DNA of 64,000 nucleotides, from NCBI GenBank assembly GCA_965215015.1, contig OZ244042.1, forward strand, positions 864,001 to 928,000, given 5' to 3'. The DNA is from Candidatus Poribacteria bacterium (GTDB lineage Bacteria > Poribacteria > WGA-4E > PCPOR2b). Below, one piece after another: positions 55,394 to 64,000 of this stretch (positions are counted from its first letter, which is position 1; the number at the start of each line of letters is the position of its first letter). The translations under genes were made by a program, and so were the position numbers. The notes beneath the pieces are model-generated. The model did no database searches. It was not told the origin of the DNA and saw nothing but the letters and a program-made list of their open reading frames with translations.

Positions 55394-56454
55394 AGTATTA
55401 ATACATCTCGTTGTTGTCGGAGTAAAAAGATTGGCAACTCTACATAGATGGTTGTTCCAAGGTCAGGTTTTGACAAAACATCAATCTGTCCGTGGTGTTC
55501 GTTGATAATTTGCTGTGCAATCCACATGCCTAACCCGGTGCCGCCTCTATCTTTTTTCGTCGAATACAGCGGCTTAAAGATGTTTTGCAACGCTTCCGCG
55601 CTAATACCGCAGCCGGTGTCTTGTATATCAATTCGGATGGTATCAAGCACCCGGGCCATTCGGAGGGTAAGTGTGCCCCCGGTCTCCTCCATCGCCTCAC
55701 ACGCATTAATAACGAGATTCTCAAATGCCATCCGCAGCTTGTCCACATCTCCATGAATGTGGGGGACCACTTCGTACTGTCTACTCAGCGTGATTTTATG
55801 TTCCCAATCCGGATTTCTTTGCAGCGTTTCGTGCAGCAAAACTTCAATCTCAAGACGAAGATCAAAAACCCGAAATTCAGGTTGTATCGTTGCCTCAAGC
55901 AATTGATTGACCGTCTGACGTGTGTGATTCACCTGTTTTTTGATCTCTCGGGTGAATTTGCTCGTGGCGTCTTTAGAATGCCTCCCCGCAGGCGTTGTCT
56001 CCGCTAGCATCATCAAATTTTCCGAACAGGCTTCAATGATTGCCAGCGGATTTTTAACGGCATGAGCGAGACTACGAAGCGTATTGGCGTTGCTCTCCGC
56101 CTGTTCACGGGCACTATGTTCCTGTTGCAACATTTCTTCACGTAATCGCTGTGCTTCACGGTGCTTGGTATAGTAACGCCGGATAACAACAACAAACAGA
56201 ACGAGACATCCCACAATCGCCAACGCGGAAGGAATGGCAATCCAACCGTTGAGATACCAGTGCGACATAACTTTCAAGTGCCTGTTTGCAGCTTGGACAA
56301 CCACTGCGACACGAGGAGTTGTGTGATTAGAGACCGGTATAAAGACGGTACTGACGATGCCAATTGGATTTCCCTGCGATTGGGCGGCTGCGTCCCGCAC
56401 TTCGCTTGAAAGTAAAAGCCCGATTAATAGGAACCGTGACAATGCAGGTTTCAT
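55390..56454 (-). CDS. sensor histidine kinase with very short extracytoplasmic region
   Basis: H-box LAHAVKNPL, N-box NLVINA, DTGCG, GTGLG; signal-like N-terminus and one TM. Confidence 0.92.
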   Translation of the reverse strand: MKPALSRFLLIGLLLSSEVRDAAAQSQGNPIGIVSTVFIPVSNHTTPRVAVVVQAANRHLKVMSHWYLNGWIAIPSALAIVGCLVLFVVVIRRYYTKHREAQRLREEMLQQEHSAREQAESNANTLRSLAHAVKNPLAIIEACSENLMMLAETTPAGRHSKDATSKFTREIKKQVNHTRQTVNQLLEATIQPEFRVFDLRLEIEVLLHETLQRNPDWEHKITLSRQYEVVPHIHGDVDKLRMAFENLVINACEAMEETGGTLTLRMARVLDTIRIDIQDTGCGISAEALQNIFKPLYSTKKDRGGTGLGMWIAQQIINEHHGQIDVLSKPDLGTTIYVELPIFLLRQQRDVLIL

Positions 56455-56893
56455 TGGAAATTCCTCTCTCGATTTAATGACTTGATGGAGAAACCATTTT
56501 CGCACAAAACGGAATGGATTGGAAGCATTTTCGTGCTTATTTCCTCGCCGACGCGGTCTCTCCTCTATGTATTACCCTCCGAGTTGGGCCCTAAACCTAT
56601 CGGGGAAACCTGCGAACGGTTCAAGCCTTTAAAAAGTTAGTAACGGTTGGCTGCAGAATTAGTACGATACATTGGCAACAATTGTGTCATGAAATAGGTC
56701 AAAATGACATATCATTGCCGGGCTACGGTTTGACCGCAAACTATGCCATAACGACATACAGCGATTCGACAGCAGATAGCTTCTGTCAATCCAGCACCTT
56801 ATGAAATGACTCTAGGCTCCACCCCCCTGAAACCCTTGTCTTAACAGGGATTGGGCGATGTCCCTGTTTTCCGATTCATAAAAGAAACAGAAT

Positions 56894-56910
56894 TTGGCAC
56901 GATACTTGCT
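56894..56910 (+). promoter_or_regulatory. sigma-54 promoter of hsp20
   Basis: TTGGCACGATACTTGCT, consensus match. Confidence 0.82.
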
Positions 56911-56982
56911 CTATATTTAGATCGTCCGAGTAACAACATTTATAAAACAAATCACAAATTAGGACAATAGGAGAAACAAAAA

Positions 56983-57429
56983 ATGAGAAGCCTAGCCACG
57001 AAACCAATACAGGAGCTTTTTAGCATTCACAATGAGATGAGTCGATTGTTTGACAACTGGTATAGACCTACACGCTATCGCGCAGAGGGTGAGAATTTGG
57101 ATTGGATGCCAGTCGTTGATATCCTAGAAGCGGATGAGCACGTTGAAATCCGTGCCGAAATTCCGGGACTTTCGGAAAAGAATGTTCAAGTTTCTGTGAC
57201 GGATGATGTACTCACACTCAAAGGCGAAAAAACACAGGAAAGCGAGAAAAAGGATCAAAAGTATTATCGCGTTGAACGGAGTTATGGTAAATTCCAACGG
57301 TCTTTCACATTGCCAACGAATTTGAATCCTGAAGACATCAAAGCCAAATTCGCGAACGGCGTGCTGACCGTATCCATTCCAAAAGCAAAAGAGGTTCAAC
57401 CCAAAGAGATTCAAATCAGTGTTGAATAG
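56983..57429 (+). CDS. Hsp20/alpha-crystallin small heat shock protein
   Basis: P.VDI.E, AEIPG, ERSYGKFQRSF.LP, A.F.NGVL.V.IPK. Confidence 0.95.
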   Translation: MRSLATKPIQELFSIHNEMSRLFDNWYRPTRYRAEGENLDWMPVVDILEADEHVEIRAEIPGLSEKNVQVSVTDDVLTLKGEKTQESEKKDQKYYRVERSYGKFQRSFTLPTNLNPEDIKAKFANGVLTVSIPKAKEVQPKEIQISVE

Positions 57430-57442
57430 CTACCTGATTTAT

Positions 57443-57479
57443 AAAAAGCGTCCTGCGTTTAAACGTAGGACGCTTTTTT
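57443..57479 (+). terminator. intrinsic terminator, probably bidirectional
   Basis: aaaaagcgtcctgcg-tttaaa-cgtaggacgcttttt. Confidence 0.85.
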
Positions 57480-57557
57480 ATGTCAAAATTGCCGTGCTTT
57501 TTTGAAACTTTCATTTAGGTGATGGTGTGTTTTGAACAAGAAAAGGAGGGTCTACAA

Positions 57558-59099
57558 ATGTTTAAGTCAAATTCAACGAAATGGACAATTTCACTCATTG
57601 TTGTAGCACTAATAATCGCTGTCAGTGTAACAATAAGCACAGATAACTCTACGTTTACCCCTCAGACCGCAATTGGTCAAACCAACGAGAATGTTAGTCA
57701 GGACTTTGAATACTTGGAACGGGCAAATCGTGCATTTATTGAAGTGGTAAATCGTGCCAAACCTGCTGTTGTGCAAATTACGACAACCCGCTTAGTCTCA
57801 ACGCGCCAGAGTCCTTCCGATTTTTTTGGGGACGATTGGTTCGAGTTTTGGTTCGGTCCTCGGGAGCGGCGTGATTCAGATCCGCGTGAAGAAAACAAGC
57901 GAGAAGTAGATGGGCTCGGATCTGGTGTCATTGTGAGCGAAGACGGTTATATCTTAACGAACAACCACGTTATTGAAGACGCAGAGGGTATTGTGGTAGC
58001 CTTCCCCAATGGACGCGAATATCAGGCGACTGTTGTTGGAAAAGATGCGGGGCGCCAAGGAACAGATCTCGCTGTTCTGAAGATTGATGGAAAGAATTTG
58101 CCTTTCTTGCCTCTTGGCAACTCGGAGGAACTTCGGATTGGAGAATGGGTGATTGCCATCGGTAGTCCATTTGGACTCGCCCAAACAGTAACACGCGGGA
58201 TGGTCAGCGCGAAAGGACGTTCAATAGATGATATTAGGATCGTCAGATATGCTGACTTTATCCAGACTGATGCCGCAATCAACCGTGGTAACAGCGGGGG
58301 TGCACTCATTAACATCTATGGCGAGTTAATTGGCATTAACACGGCAATCGCCACCGGCGGTGGGGGCAATGTCGGCGTGGGATTTGCCATCCCAATTAAC
58401 CTCGCAAAACGGATCATGACCCAATTGATTAACAAAGGGGAGGTAGAGCGCGGTTGGTTGGGAATTACATTTGACCTAAATTTTTCTTATGAAGTGGCAG
58501 AGAAGTTTGGACTTGATGAACCACGGGGGGCTCTCGTTACCTCTGTCCTCGACGATTCCCCAGCAAAGAAAGGCGGGCTCAAACATGGGGACGTCATTCT
58601 TGCTGCTGCTCAAATCCCAATTCGTAACGGTCGACATCTCAGTAACGTTATTGCCGGACTGGATGTTGGAGAAACAATTGAGGTCAAAGTTCTCCGTAAG
58701 GGCGAGGAAAAAATCTTAAAGGTCAAACTCGGGAAACGGACACCAGAGGTCCTCGCCGCTCATTCAGGCAATAGAACACAGCGTTTTCCAAGTGAGGAAG
58801 ATAAAGCCACATTTGCGGGACTTCGTGTCCGAGATTTGACCAATGCCCTCGCAGAGCGTTATGGATATGAGGGTGAACAAGGCGTAATCATCATTGAGGT
58901 TGAGCGACGCAGCCCCGCAAGAGCACCGATTGGTGTCGGGACCCTAATTCAGGAGATTGAAGGGGTCGAAATCTCGAACCTGAAGGACTACTTTGAGCAG
59001 ATTAAAGCGGTTAAGGATCAATCAAAGATTCTGCTATATGTCAGGCTACCAAACAGCGGGAGGGCTGCATACGTCACGTTGGAAAACCCGTCGAACTAA
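57558..59099 (+). CDS. degP: Do/DegQ (HtrA) serine protease with two PDZ domains
   Basis: GSGVI, TNNHV, DLAVLK, QTDAAINRGNSGG. Confidence 0.92.
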   Translation: MFKSNSTKWTISLIVVALIIAVSVTISTDNSTFTPQTAIGQTNENVSQDFEYLERANRAFIEVVNRAKPAVVQITTTRLVSTRQSPSDFFGDDWFEFWFGPRERRDSDPREENKREVDGLGSGVIVSEDGYILTNNHVIEDAEGIVVAFPNGREYQATVVGKDAGRQGTDLAVLKIDGKNLPFLPLGNSEELRIGEWVIAIGSPFGLAQTVTRGMVSAKGRSIDDIRIVRYADFIQTDAAINRGNSGGALINIYGELIGINTAIATGGGGNVGVGFAIPINLAKRIMTQLINKGEVERGWLGITFDLNFSYEVAEKFGLDEPRGALVTSVLDDSPAKKGGLKHGDVILAAAQIPIRNGRHLSNVIAGLDVGETIEVKVLRKGEEKILKVKLGKRTPEVLAAHSGNRTQRFPSEEDKATFAGLRVRDLTNALAERYGYEGEQGVIIIEVERRSPARAPIGVGTLIQEIEGVEISNLKDYFEQIKAVKDQSKILLYVRLPNSGRAAYVTLENPSN

Positions 59100-59131
59100 A
59101 AGAAACGGATGAAACCTGTCTCATAGAACGG

Positions 59132-59170
59132 AGAGGAGATGAATTTGTAAGGGTTCATCTCCTCTTTTTT
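59132..59170 (+). terminator. intrinsic terminator
   Basis: agaggagatgaa...ttcatctcctct followed by a T run. Confidence 0.8.
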
Positions 59171-59216
59171 ATTTCTCCTGTCGGAGAGGCCTGATTCTCA
59201 GTAGTGCACTATTTAT

Positions 59217-61280
59217 TTATCCTATCTCAGTGTTAGGCACCGCGTCAAAAAGATAGCATCGGCACGAATGGGTCCCCGTGAACGCGATTTCGTCAGGATA
59301 CGCGTCACTGCAATGCGGCATCGCTTCAGGGCAGCGCGGATGAAAATGACAACCTTTCGGCGGGTTAATTGGGGAGGGCACATCCCCTTCAAGCTGAATC
59401 TTTTCGAGGCCGGTCTCCGGATCGATTTTGGGCACAGCCGATAGCAACGCACGGGTGTAAGGGTGCTTGGGTTGGTCAAAGATTTCTTCGGTGGTACCTC
59501 GTTCAACAATTCGACCGAGATACATCACCGCCACTTCGTCCGCAAGATACTCCACGACAGAGAGGTTGTGGGTGATAAACAGGTAGGTCAGATTCAAGTC
59601 GTCCTGAAGCTCCTTGAGCAGGTTCAAGATCTGGGCTTGGACGGAAACATCCAGCGCACTTGTTGCCTCATCGCAAACGATAAATTCGGGGTCAACAGCC
59701 AAGCATCGGGCAATGCCGATTCGCTGGCGTTGCCCACCGGAGAACTCGTGAGGATACCGCCCCACCATGTCAGGGGACAGACCCACACGCTGCATCAGTT
59801 CGCGCACACGGTCCTCCCGCTCGGATCGATTCGCGCCAATGCCGTGGGTTATCATCCCCTCCTGAATCGTTTGCCCAACCATCGCCCGTGGATTCAGTGA
59901 TGAGTACGGGTCTTGGAAGATAATCTGAAGTTTCCGTCGATAGGGGTGAAGTTCAGACCTACTCAACTGTGCAAGGTCAACGTCATTGTAAGAGATTTCC
60001 CCTTGAATCGGAACACCAAGCCGAAGAACCGCTTTGCCGAGCGTCGTTTTCCCACACCCAGATTCTCCAACGAGGGCAAGGGTTTTCCCCTTAGGAATGG
60101 TAAGGTTGACCCCATCCACTGCATAGACATAGCCCACCGTCCGCTTGAGTATGCCCTTTACAATTGGAAAATGGACACGAAGATTGTTCACCTGAATGAA
60201 TGGTTCGCCGGCCATGTCAGGATTGGGAAGGGTAGAAGGTGCTACAGTCGTTGAGGCCGGGGCGGAAGCAACCTTCGCCGCATCGTCCAAGGGATTAAAA
60301 TCAGGGTTGTAAAGGTGACATGCGGTGTGATGTCCCGCTTCGATCTCAATCAACGGTGGTAAGATGGCATCGCAACCGTTCATGAGTTGGGGACACCGAT
60401 CCGCAAAGCGACACCCATCAGGATATTGCGTCGCTTGCGGGACACGCCCTTGGATGGTCTGTAGAGCATCGCCGCGCTTTTGACGCAAGGGGAGGGAGTC
60501 AAGCAATTTGGTCGTGTAGGGATGGCGAGGATTATGGTACAGTGTTCCCCAATTGCTGGTTTCGACAATCTTCCCTGCGTACATGACGGCAACACGGTCC
60601 GCCATTTCGGATACAACGCCAAGGTCATGGGTAATCAGCAGTACTGCCATCCCAAACTCGCGTTGGAGTTGCTTAATCAGTTCAAGAATCTGCGCCTGAA
60701 TTGTAACGTCCAAGGCGGTCGTAGGTTCATCAGCGATAAGCAAGCCGGGCTGACATGACAGCGCGATCGCTATCATGACACGCTGCCTCATACCGCCCGA
60801 CAGTTGGTGGGGATATTCCTCGAAACGCCGGGCTGGCTCAGGAATGCCGACCAGATCCAACATCTCAATAGCAGCGTCCTTCGCGGCTTTCCCGGCTATC
60901 TCTTGATGCTGCTGGATCGCTTCCAGAATTTGATTCCCAACGGTAAACACAGGATTGAGGCTGGTCATCGGTTCTTGGAAGATCATTGCAATCTCGTCAC
61001 CGCGAATCTTTCGTTTTTCTACCTCTGGCAATCGGGTAATTTCTCTGCCTTTATAATGGATCTCTCCTCCGGCAATAAAGCCCGCAGGCTGTGGCACCAG
61101 TTGACTGATTGACAACGCTGTCACGCTCTTGCCGCAGCCGGATTCCCCTACTATCGCGAAAATCTCGTTATGCTGAATCTCAAAGGACACACCATCTACA
61201 GCAAGGGCAAGCCCTTCCGCAGTACGAAAGTAGGTCTTGAGGTTATCAACGCGCAATAGGGGTTCACACGATTTTCTCAT
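59217..61280 (-). CDS. fused double-domain oligopeptide/dipeptide ABC ATPase (DppD/DppF-like)
   Basis: Two GESGCGK(S/T) motifs, SGGMRQR and SGGQRQR, two Cys-rich C-terminal subdomains. Confidence 0.93.
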   Translation of the reverse strand: MRKSCEPLLRVDNLKTYFRTAEGLALAVDGVSFEIQHNEIFAIVGESGCGKSVTALSISQLVPQPAGFIAGGEIHYKGREITRLPEVEKRKIRGDEIAMIFQEPMTSLNPVFTVGNQILEAIQQHQEIAGKAAKDAAIEMLDLVGIPEPARRFEEYPHQLSGGMRQRVMIAIALSCQPGLLIADEPTTALDVTIQAQILELIKQLQREFGMAVLLITHDLGVVSEMADRVAVMYAGKIVETSNWGTLYHNPRHPYTTKLLDSLPLRQKRGDALQTIQGRVPQATQYPDGCRFADRCPQLMNGCDAILPPLIEIEAGHHTACHLYNPDFNPLDDAAKVASAPASTTVAPSTLPNPDMAGEPFIQVNNLRVHFPIVKGILKRTVGYVYAVDGVNLTIPKGKTLALVGESGCGKTTLGKAVLRLGVPIQGEISYNDVDLAQLSRSELHPYRRKLQIIFQDPYSSLNPRAMVGQTIQEGMITHGIGANRSEREDRVRELMQRVGLSPDMVGRYPHEFSGGQRQRIGIARCLAVDPEFIVCDEATSALDVSVQAQILNLLKELQDDLNLTYLFITHNLSVVEYLADEVAVMYLGRIVERGTTEEIFDQPKHPYTRALLSAVPKIDPETGLEKIQLEGDVPSPINPPKGCHFHPRCPEAMPHCSDAYPDEIAFTGTHSCRCYLFDAVPNTEIG

Positions 61281-61292
61281 ACTGGCACACTT

Positions 61293-62342
61293 TCAATTGA
61301 TCTCAATCTCCGAAATGCTCTTGGCAGTTACGGCCTGATCGAAAAGAGTATTGAGTCGATCCACACGGCGGACGGCTTTAATTTTCTTTACCATGGACGG
61401 TGGAATGGAGTCAAATCGAAGCTGGAGGAGCTTGAGAACGGCTTCACGCTTTGCCCTTAGTTCACCGCGTTTCTCTCCTCTTTCTTCGCCCTGTTGAATG
61501 AAGTATTCTGCAATTGTTTGCGGCATATCTTGTACCTCCTCTATTTGCCTACGTCCTACAAGGGTTTGGGCAACAATATTCATCAGGGTTTCACGTTCTT
61601 CTGTAGGTCGCCTATGATAGATTAGCAAAACCAAATAGTACATTGCTCTTGACCACTGTGGCGATTCTTCCGGTAACTCCTTCAAAATCTCTACTATCTG
61701 TTTTAACACAGCTTCAAAGTCAGCTTTTGTTGCATCTTCTTGGCGAATGAGCTCTAACAGCAGGCGAAATGGGTGATCTTGATAGAGGAAGTCAGGGGTA
61801 TCTTCTCCCTTAACATTCAGGAATAAGACATCAAACGTGGGAACAAACCGCCCTAAGGCTTGTGGTAGGTCCGTGACTACCTCTATTGTTATCGGCATCT
61901 CCCACGTCTGGCTCCCTGTATAAAACACAATTGGAATAATTGGGCGAAAGCACCACTCACTTTCAGGGACTTTCGCATCCTCCCACCCACGTCGCTGGGC
62001 ATCCCAAATATTGACCATGTAGAATAGAAGTCGAAAGCCCATCACGGGACTCGGCACCGATTGGTGTTCGATAAGCAGGTAAACCCACACGTCACCCAAC
62101 TCTTCAGATTGAAATGGGATCAGATAGATGACATCGGATTCTTGTTTCCGCAGGTTATCGGGAATAAAACTCTGATTCACCTGTTGGATTTGACTGAAAT
62201 CAAGTTGGTCGGCCAAATCGCTCGCAACAATTTGTAGCAATCCCTCCACATTTTCGCCAAATTCCAGCAACCACTTGGTCCCTCTGTCAGAGAATTCTCT
62301 GATCGGCGGTAAGAAACCGATGTCTTGGGTCTGTTTTCTCAT
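61293..62342 (-). CDS. Rpn/YhgA-like recombination-promoting nuclease (putative transposase)
   Basis: SFI...L...ESD, YLLIEHQS, PIIPIVFYTG, TIAE...QGEERGEKRG. Confidence 0.9.
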   Translation of the reverse strand: MRKQTQDIGFLPPIREFSDRGTKWLLEFGENVEGLLQIVASDLADQLDFSQIQQVNQSFIPDNLRKQESDVIYLIPFQSEELGDVWVYLLIEHQSVPSPVMGFRLLFYMVNIWDAQRRGWEDAKVPESEWCFRPIIPIVFYTGSQTWEMPITIEVVTDLPQALGRFVPTFDVLFLNVKGEDTPDFLYQDHPFRLLLELIRQEDATKADFEAVLKQIVEILKELPEESPQWSRAMYYLVLLIYHRRPTEERETLMNIVAQTLVGRRQIEEVQDMPQTIAEYFIQQGEERGEKRGELRAKREAVLKLLQLRFDSIPPSMVKKIKAVRRVDRLNTLFDQAVTAKSISEIEIN

Positions 62343-62399
62343 TCGATCGGCTGCCTCGCATTGCAGAAAATATCTGAGATATTGGGCTATCAAAAAATG

Positions 62400-62819
62400 C
62401 TGACAAGACCCTATCTTTTAGGTTGGGTCTTGTCAACCAAACCTCGTTAATATACAGAAATAGGTTGAAATTCTAATTAATACGTTTCAAGGCAGGCATT
62501 GAACAACCGTTGAGTGCAAAGACACCAGACATGGAGTAATATCCTGCGCGGTTGATTCGAGTTGGCGTATGAGCGAGCTGGAATAGATCCCAATGACTTG
62601 CAACGAACTTCAGCTGAGTGATTGTATGGGGATGGATTGCCCCACCCTAGATTCTTCCCACGCAGTTACGGGGCTGGTCGCCAGAATGGGCAGGGCGTTG
62701 TCCGTTGCAGTAGCAGATGTAAGTCGGACTTTGGTTCGCTACCCGTGTGTGTCCACAATTCGACATCCTATGGGGAACGGATGACAATCTCCACTCTTTA
62801 GGATGTGGGAGTACGTCAA
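62400..62819 (+). mobile_element. non-coding IS200/IS605-family remnant bounded by hairpin ends
   Basis: Left tgacaagaccc-N13-gggtcttgtca; right aatctccactctttaggatgtgggagtacgtcaa, resembling tnpB-element right ends. Confidence 0.55.
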
Positions 62820-63472
62820 TGAGACACCCGGCAAACCGCTCCGGTTCCCGCATCGCAGTACCAGAAGCACCCATCCCAGCGCGTCATGCCGTGCGGCTCC
62901 GGGTGTGGTTCAGGAATTTCGATCTTATCAACGGTCGAACCGTCTTTGAGATTCAGACGATAGAAGGCACGGTAATTTGTCTCAACACACCAGAGATCGT
63001 CCCCCTCCCACGCAAGTCCGTGCGGACGGACTCCGGGGGCCGGGAAAGAATGCAAGACAGCGAGATCGTTTTCTGGGTCTAACTGGTAAACGGTCGCTGA
63101 AGGCGGCACTGCCATCCACAGCTTCCCATCACGCCATTCTAATCCGTGCGCCCCTGACTTTTGGGCTCCTGCTGTCGGATAGGAGGCAAGGGTTTTCCCA
63201 GTTGCTGGATCGACTTTTAGAATTGCCGGACCGTCGGCTTCTATGCGCGTCGGGACGAAAGTTGATGCGAGCCAAAGGTTCGTACCGTCCACCGTAACCC
63301 CGCTCCCGTGCTCAGAATCTGTATCAATGGCCTTCAAAGTTTCCCCTTCATAGGAGACGAGGAGGGCTTGATTTGAGACTTGATCCAGAAACCAGATCCC
63401 TTCCTCCGTAGCTTGCATACCGTTTGGCTGCGGTCCTGGAAAATCAAACATCTTTTCTATTTTAACTGCCAT
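62816..63472 (-). CDS. small beta-propeller protein (glutaminyl cyclotransferase-like fold)
   Basis: Repeats P.P.PHG(L/M).W.G..(L/F)W. Confidence 0.7.
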   Translation of the reverse strand: MAVKIEKMFDFPGPQPNGMQATEEGIWFLDQVSNQALLVSYEGETLKAIDTDSEHGSGVTVDGTNLWLASTFVPTRIEADGPAILKVDPATGKTLASYPTAGAQKSGAHGLEWRDGKLWMAVPPSATVYQLDPENDLAVLHSFPAPGVRPHGLAWEGDDLWCVETNYRAFYRLNLKDGSTVDKIEIPEPHPEPHGMTRWDGCFWYCDAGTGAVCRVSH

Positions 63473-63607
63473 AAGAAATTCTCCCTTATTTATTGTGTCT
63501 GTGATCCCATTGGTATTTTATAATAGATGGGTATCTGTGTCAATCGAATTATTCTATAGCAACCTAACTTCTCTTGGTCGCCTTGATAGATCAATTTCCT
63601 TAAATAA

Positions 63608-63807
63608 TAGGACTTACACAGTTGAGAAGCCCCCGTTCCGAGGGTTTTTAACCTATAGTTCAGCGATTCATCGTCGCGCAGGATAACTCCCAACGCCCAA
63701 TGAATCGGGAAACTACAGTAAGCCTTTAGGTTTGTAGCAGAGCGATTTATCGATCGTCGAGGCGCGCAATGAATTGAGCGACTACAAACTGAAGTGTGTA
63801 AGTTCAA
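63608..63807. mobile_element. MITE-like element with (G/A)ACTTACACA termini and REP-like interior
   Basis: taggacttacaca ... tgtgtaagttcaa; internal gcgattcatc/gatttatcg motifs and GTAG/CTAC ends. Confidence 0.6.
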
Positions 63808-63862
63808 TCCTTTGCTTTGTGATTCTAGCAGCGAGATTTCGCAGTTCCTCAATAAAATCCAT
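63782..63862 (-). pseudogene. gene stub cut by the MITE, resembling the N-terminus of HSDR_N-type restriction nuclease proteins
   Basis: AAGGAG RBS then MDFIEELRNLAARITKQR running into the MITE end. Confidence 0.4.
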
Positions 63863-64000
63863 TGCGGGGGATCTCCTTGCATCCTTTTCTTCCCTTGCTA
63901 AGAGGCACCGGGCATTACCGGGGTGGTTAAGTAGCAGCCTGCCGCTCAAGGGGTAATACTAATGCAATAAAAATAGAAAAGGGATCAATAAAGAAAGTTG

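Noticed and set aside
1-64000. tRNA or rRNA genes
   Set aside because: None recognised by eye; not excluded without tRNAscan/Infernal.

Overview
Bacterial DNA of roughly mid GC content. The gene content (several phytanoyl-CoA dioxygenases, ankyrin/CotH and giant TPR-LamG proteins, TolB-like propellers, an Rpn nuclease, REP/MITE-rich spacers) resembles Candidatus Poribacteria; this assignment is inference. 1-18.5 kb: a DUF5131/TcmP pair, metabolic genes, a divergent sigma-54 factor and ankyrin proteins. 18.7-31 kb: a MoxR-DUF58-BatA-VWA operon split by an island carrying a CfrBI-like restriction system with a HEAT-repeat-fused methyltransferase and a decayed VapBC-like pair. 31-40.5 kb: a ~3,160-aa TPR/LamG protein. 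The most striking part is 40.7-56.5 kb. A miniaturised histidine kinase and a sigma-54 activator head an array of five cassettes. Each cassette starts with the activator's 3' HTH-coding end (native in the first, an orphan copy in the other four), followed by TCGCAG-N4-CTGCGA palindromes and usually a MITE and a sigma-54 promoter. The cargo is variable: small secreted beta-rich proteins paired with mosaic TolB-like propellers or tandem lipoproteins. The window ends with hsp20-degP (sigma-54 promoter), an ABC ATPase, an Rpn gene and an IS200/IS605-like remnant. All calls were made by eye from motifs; no searches were run.
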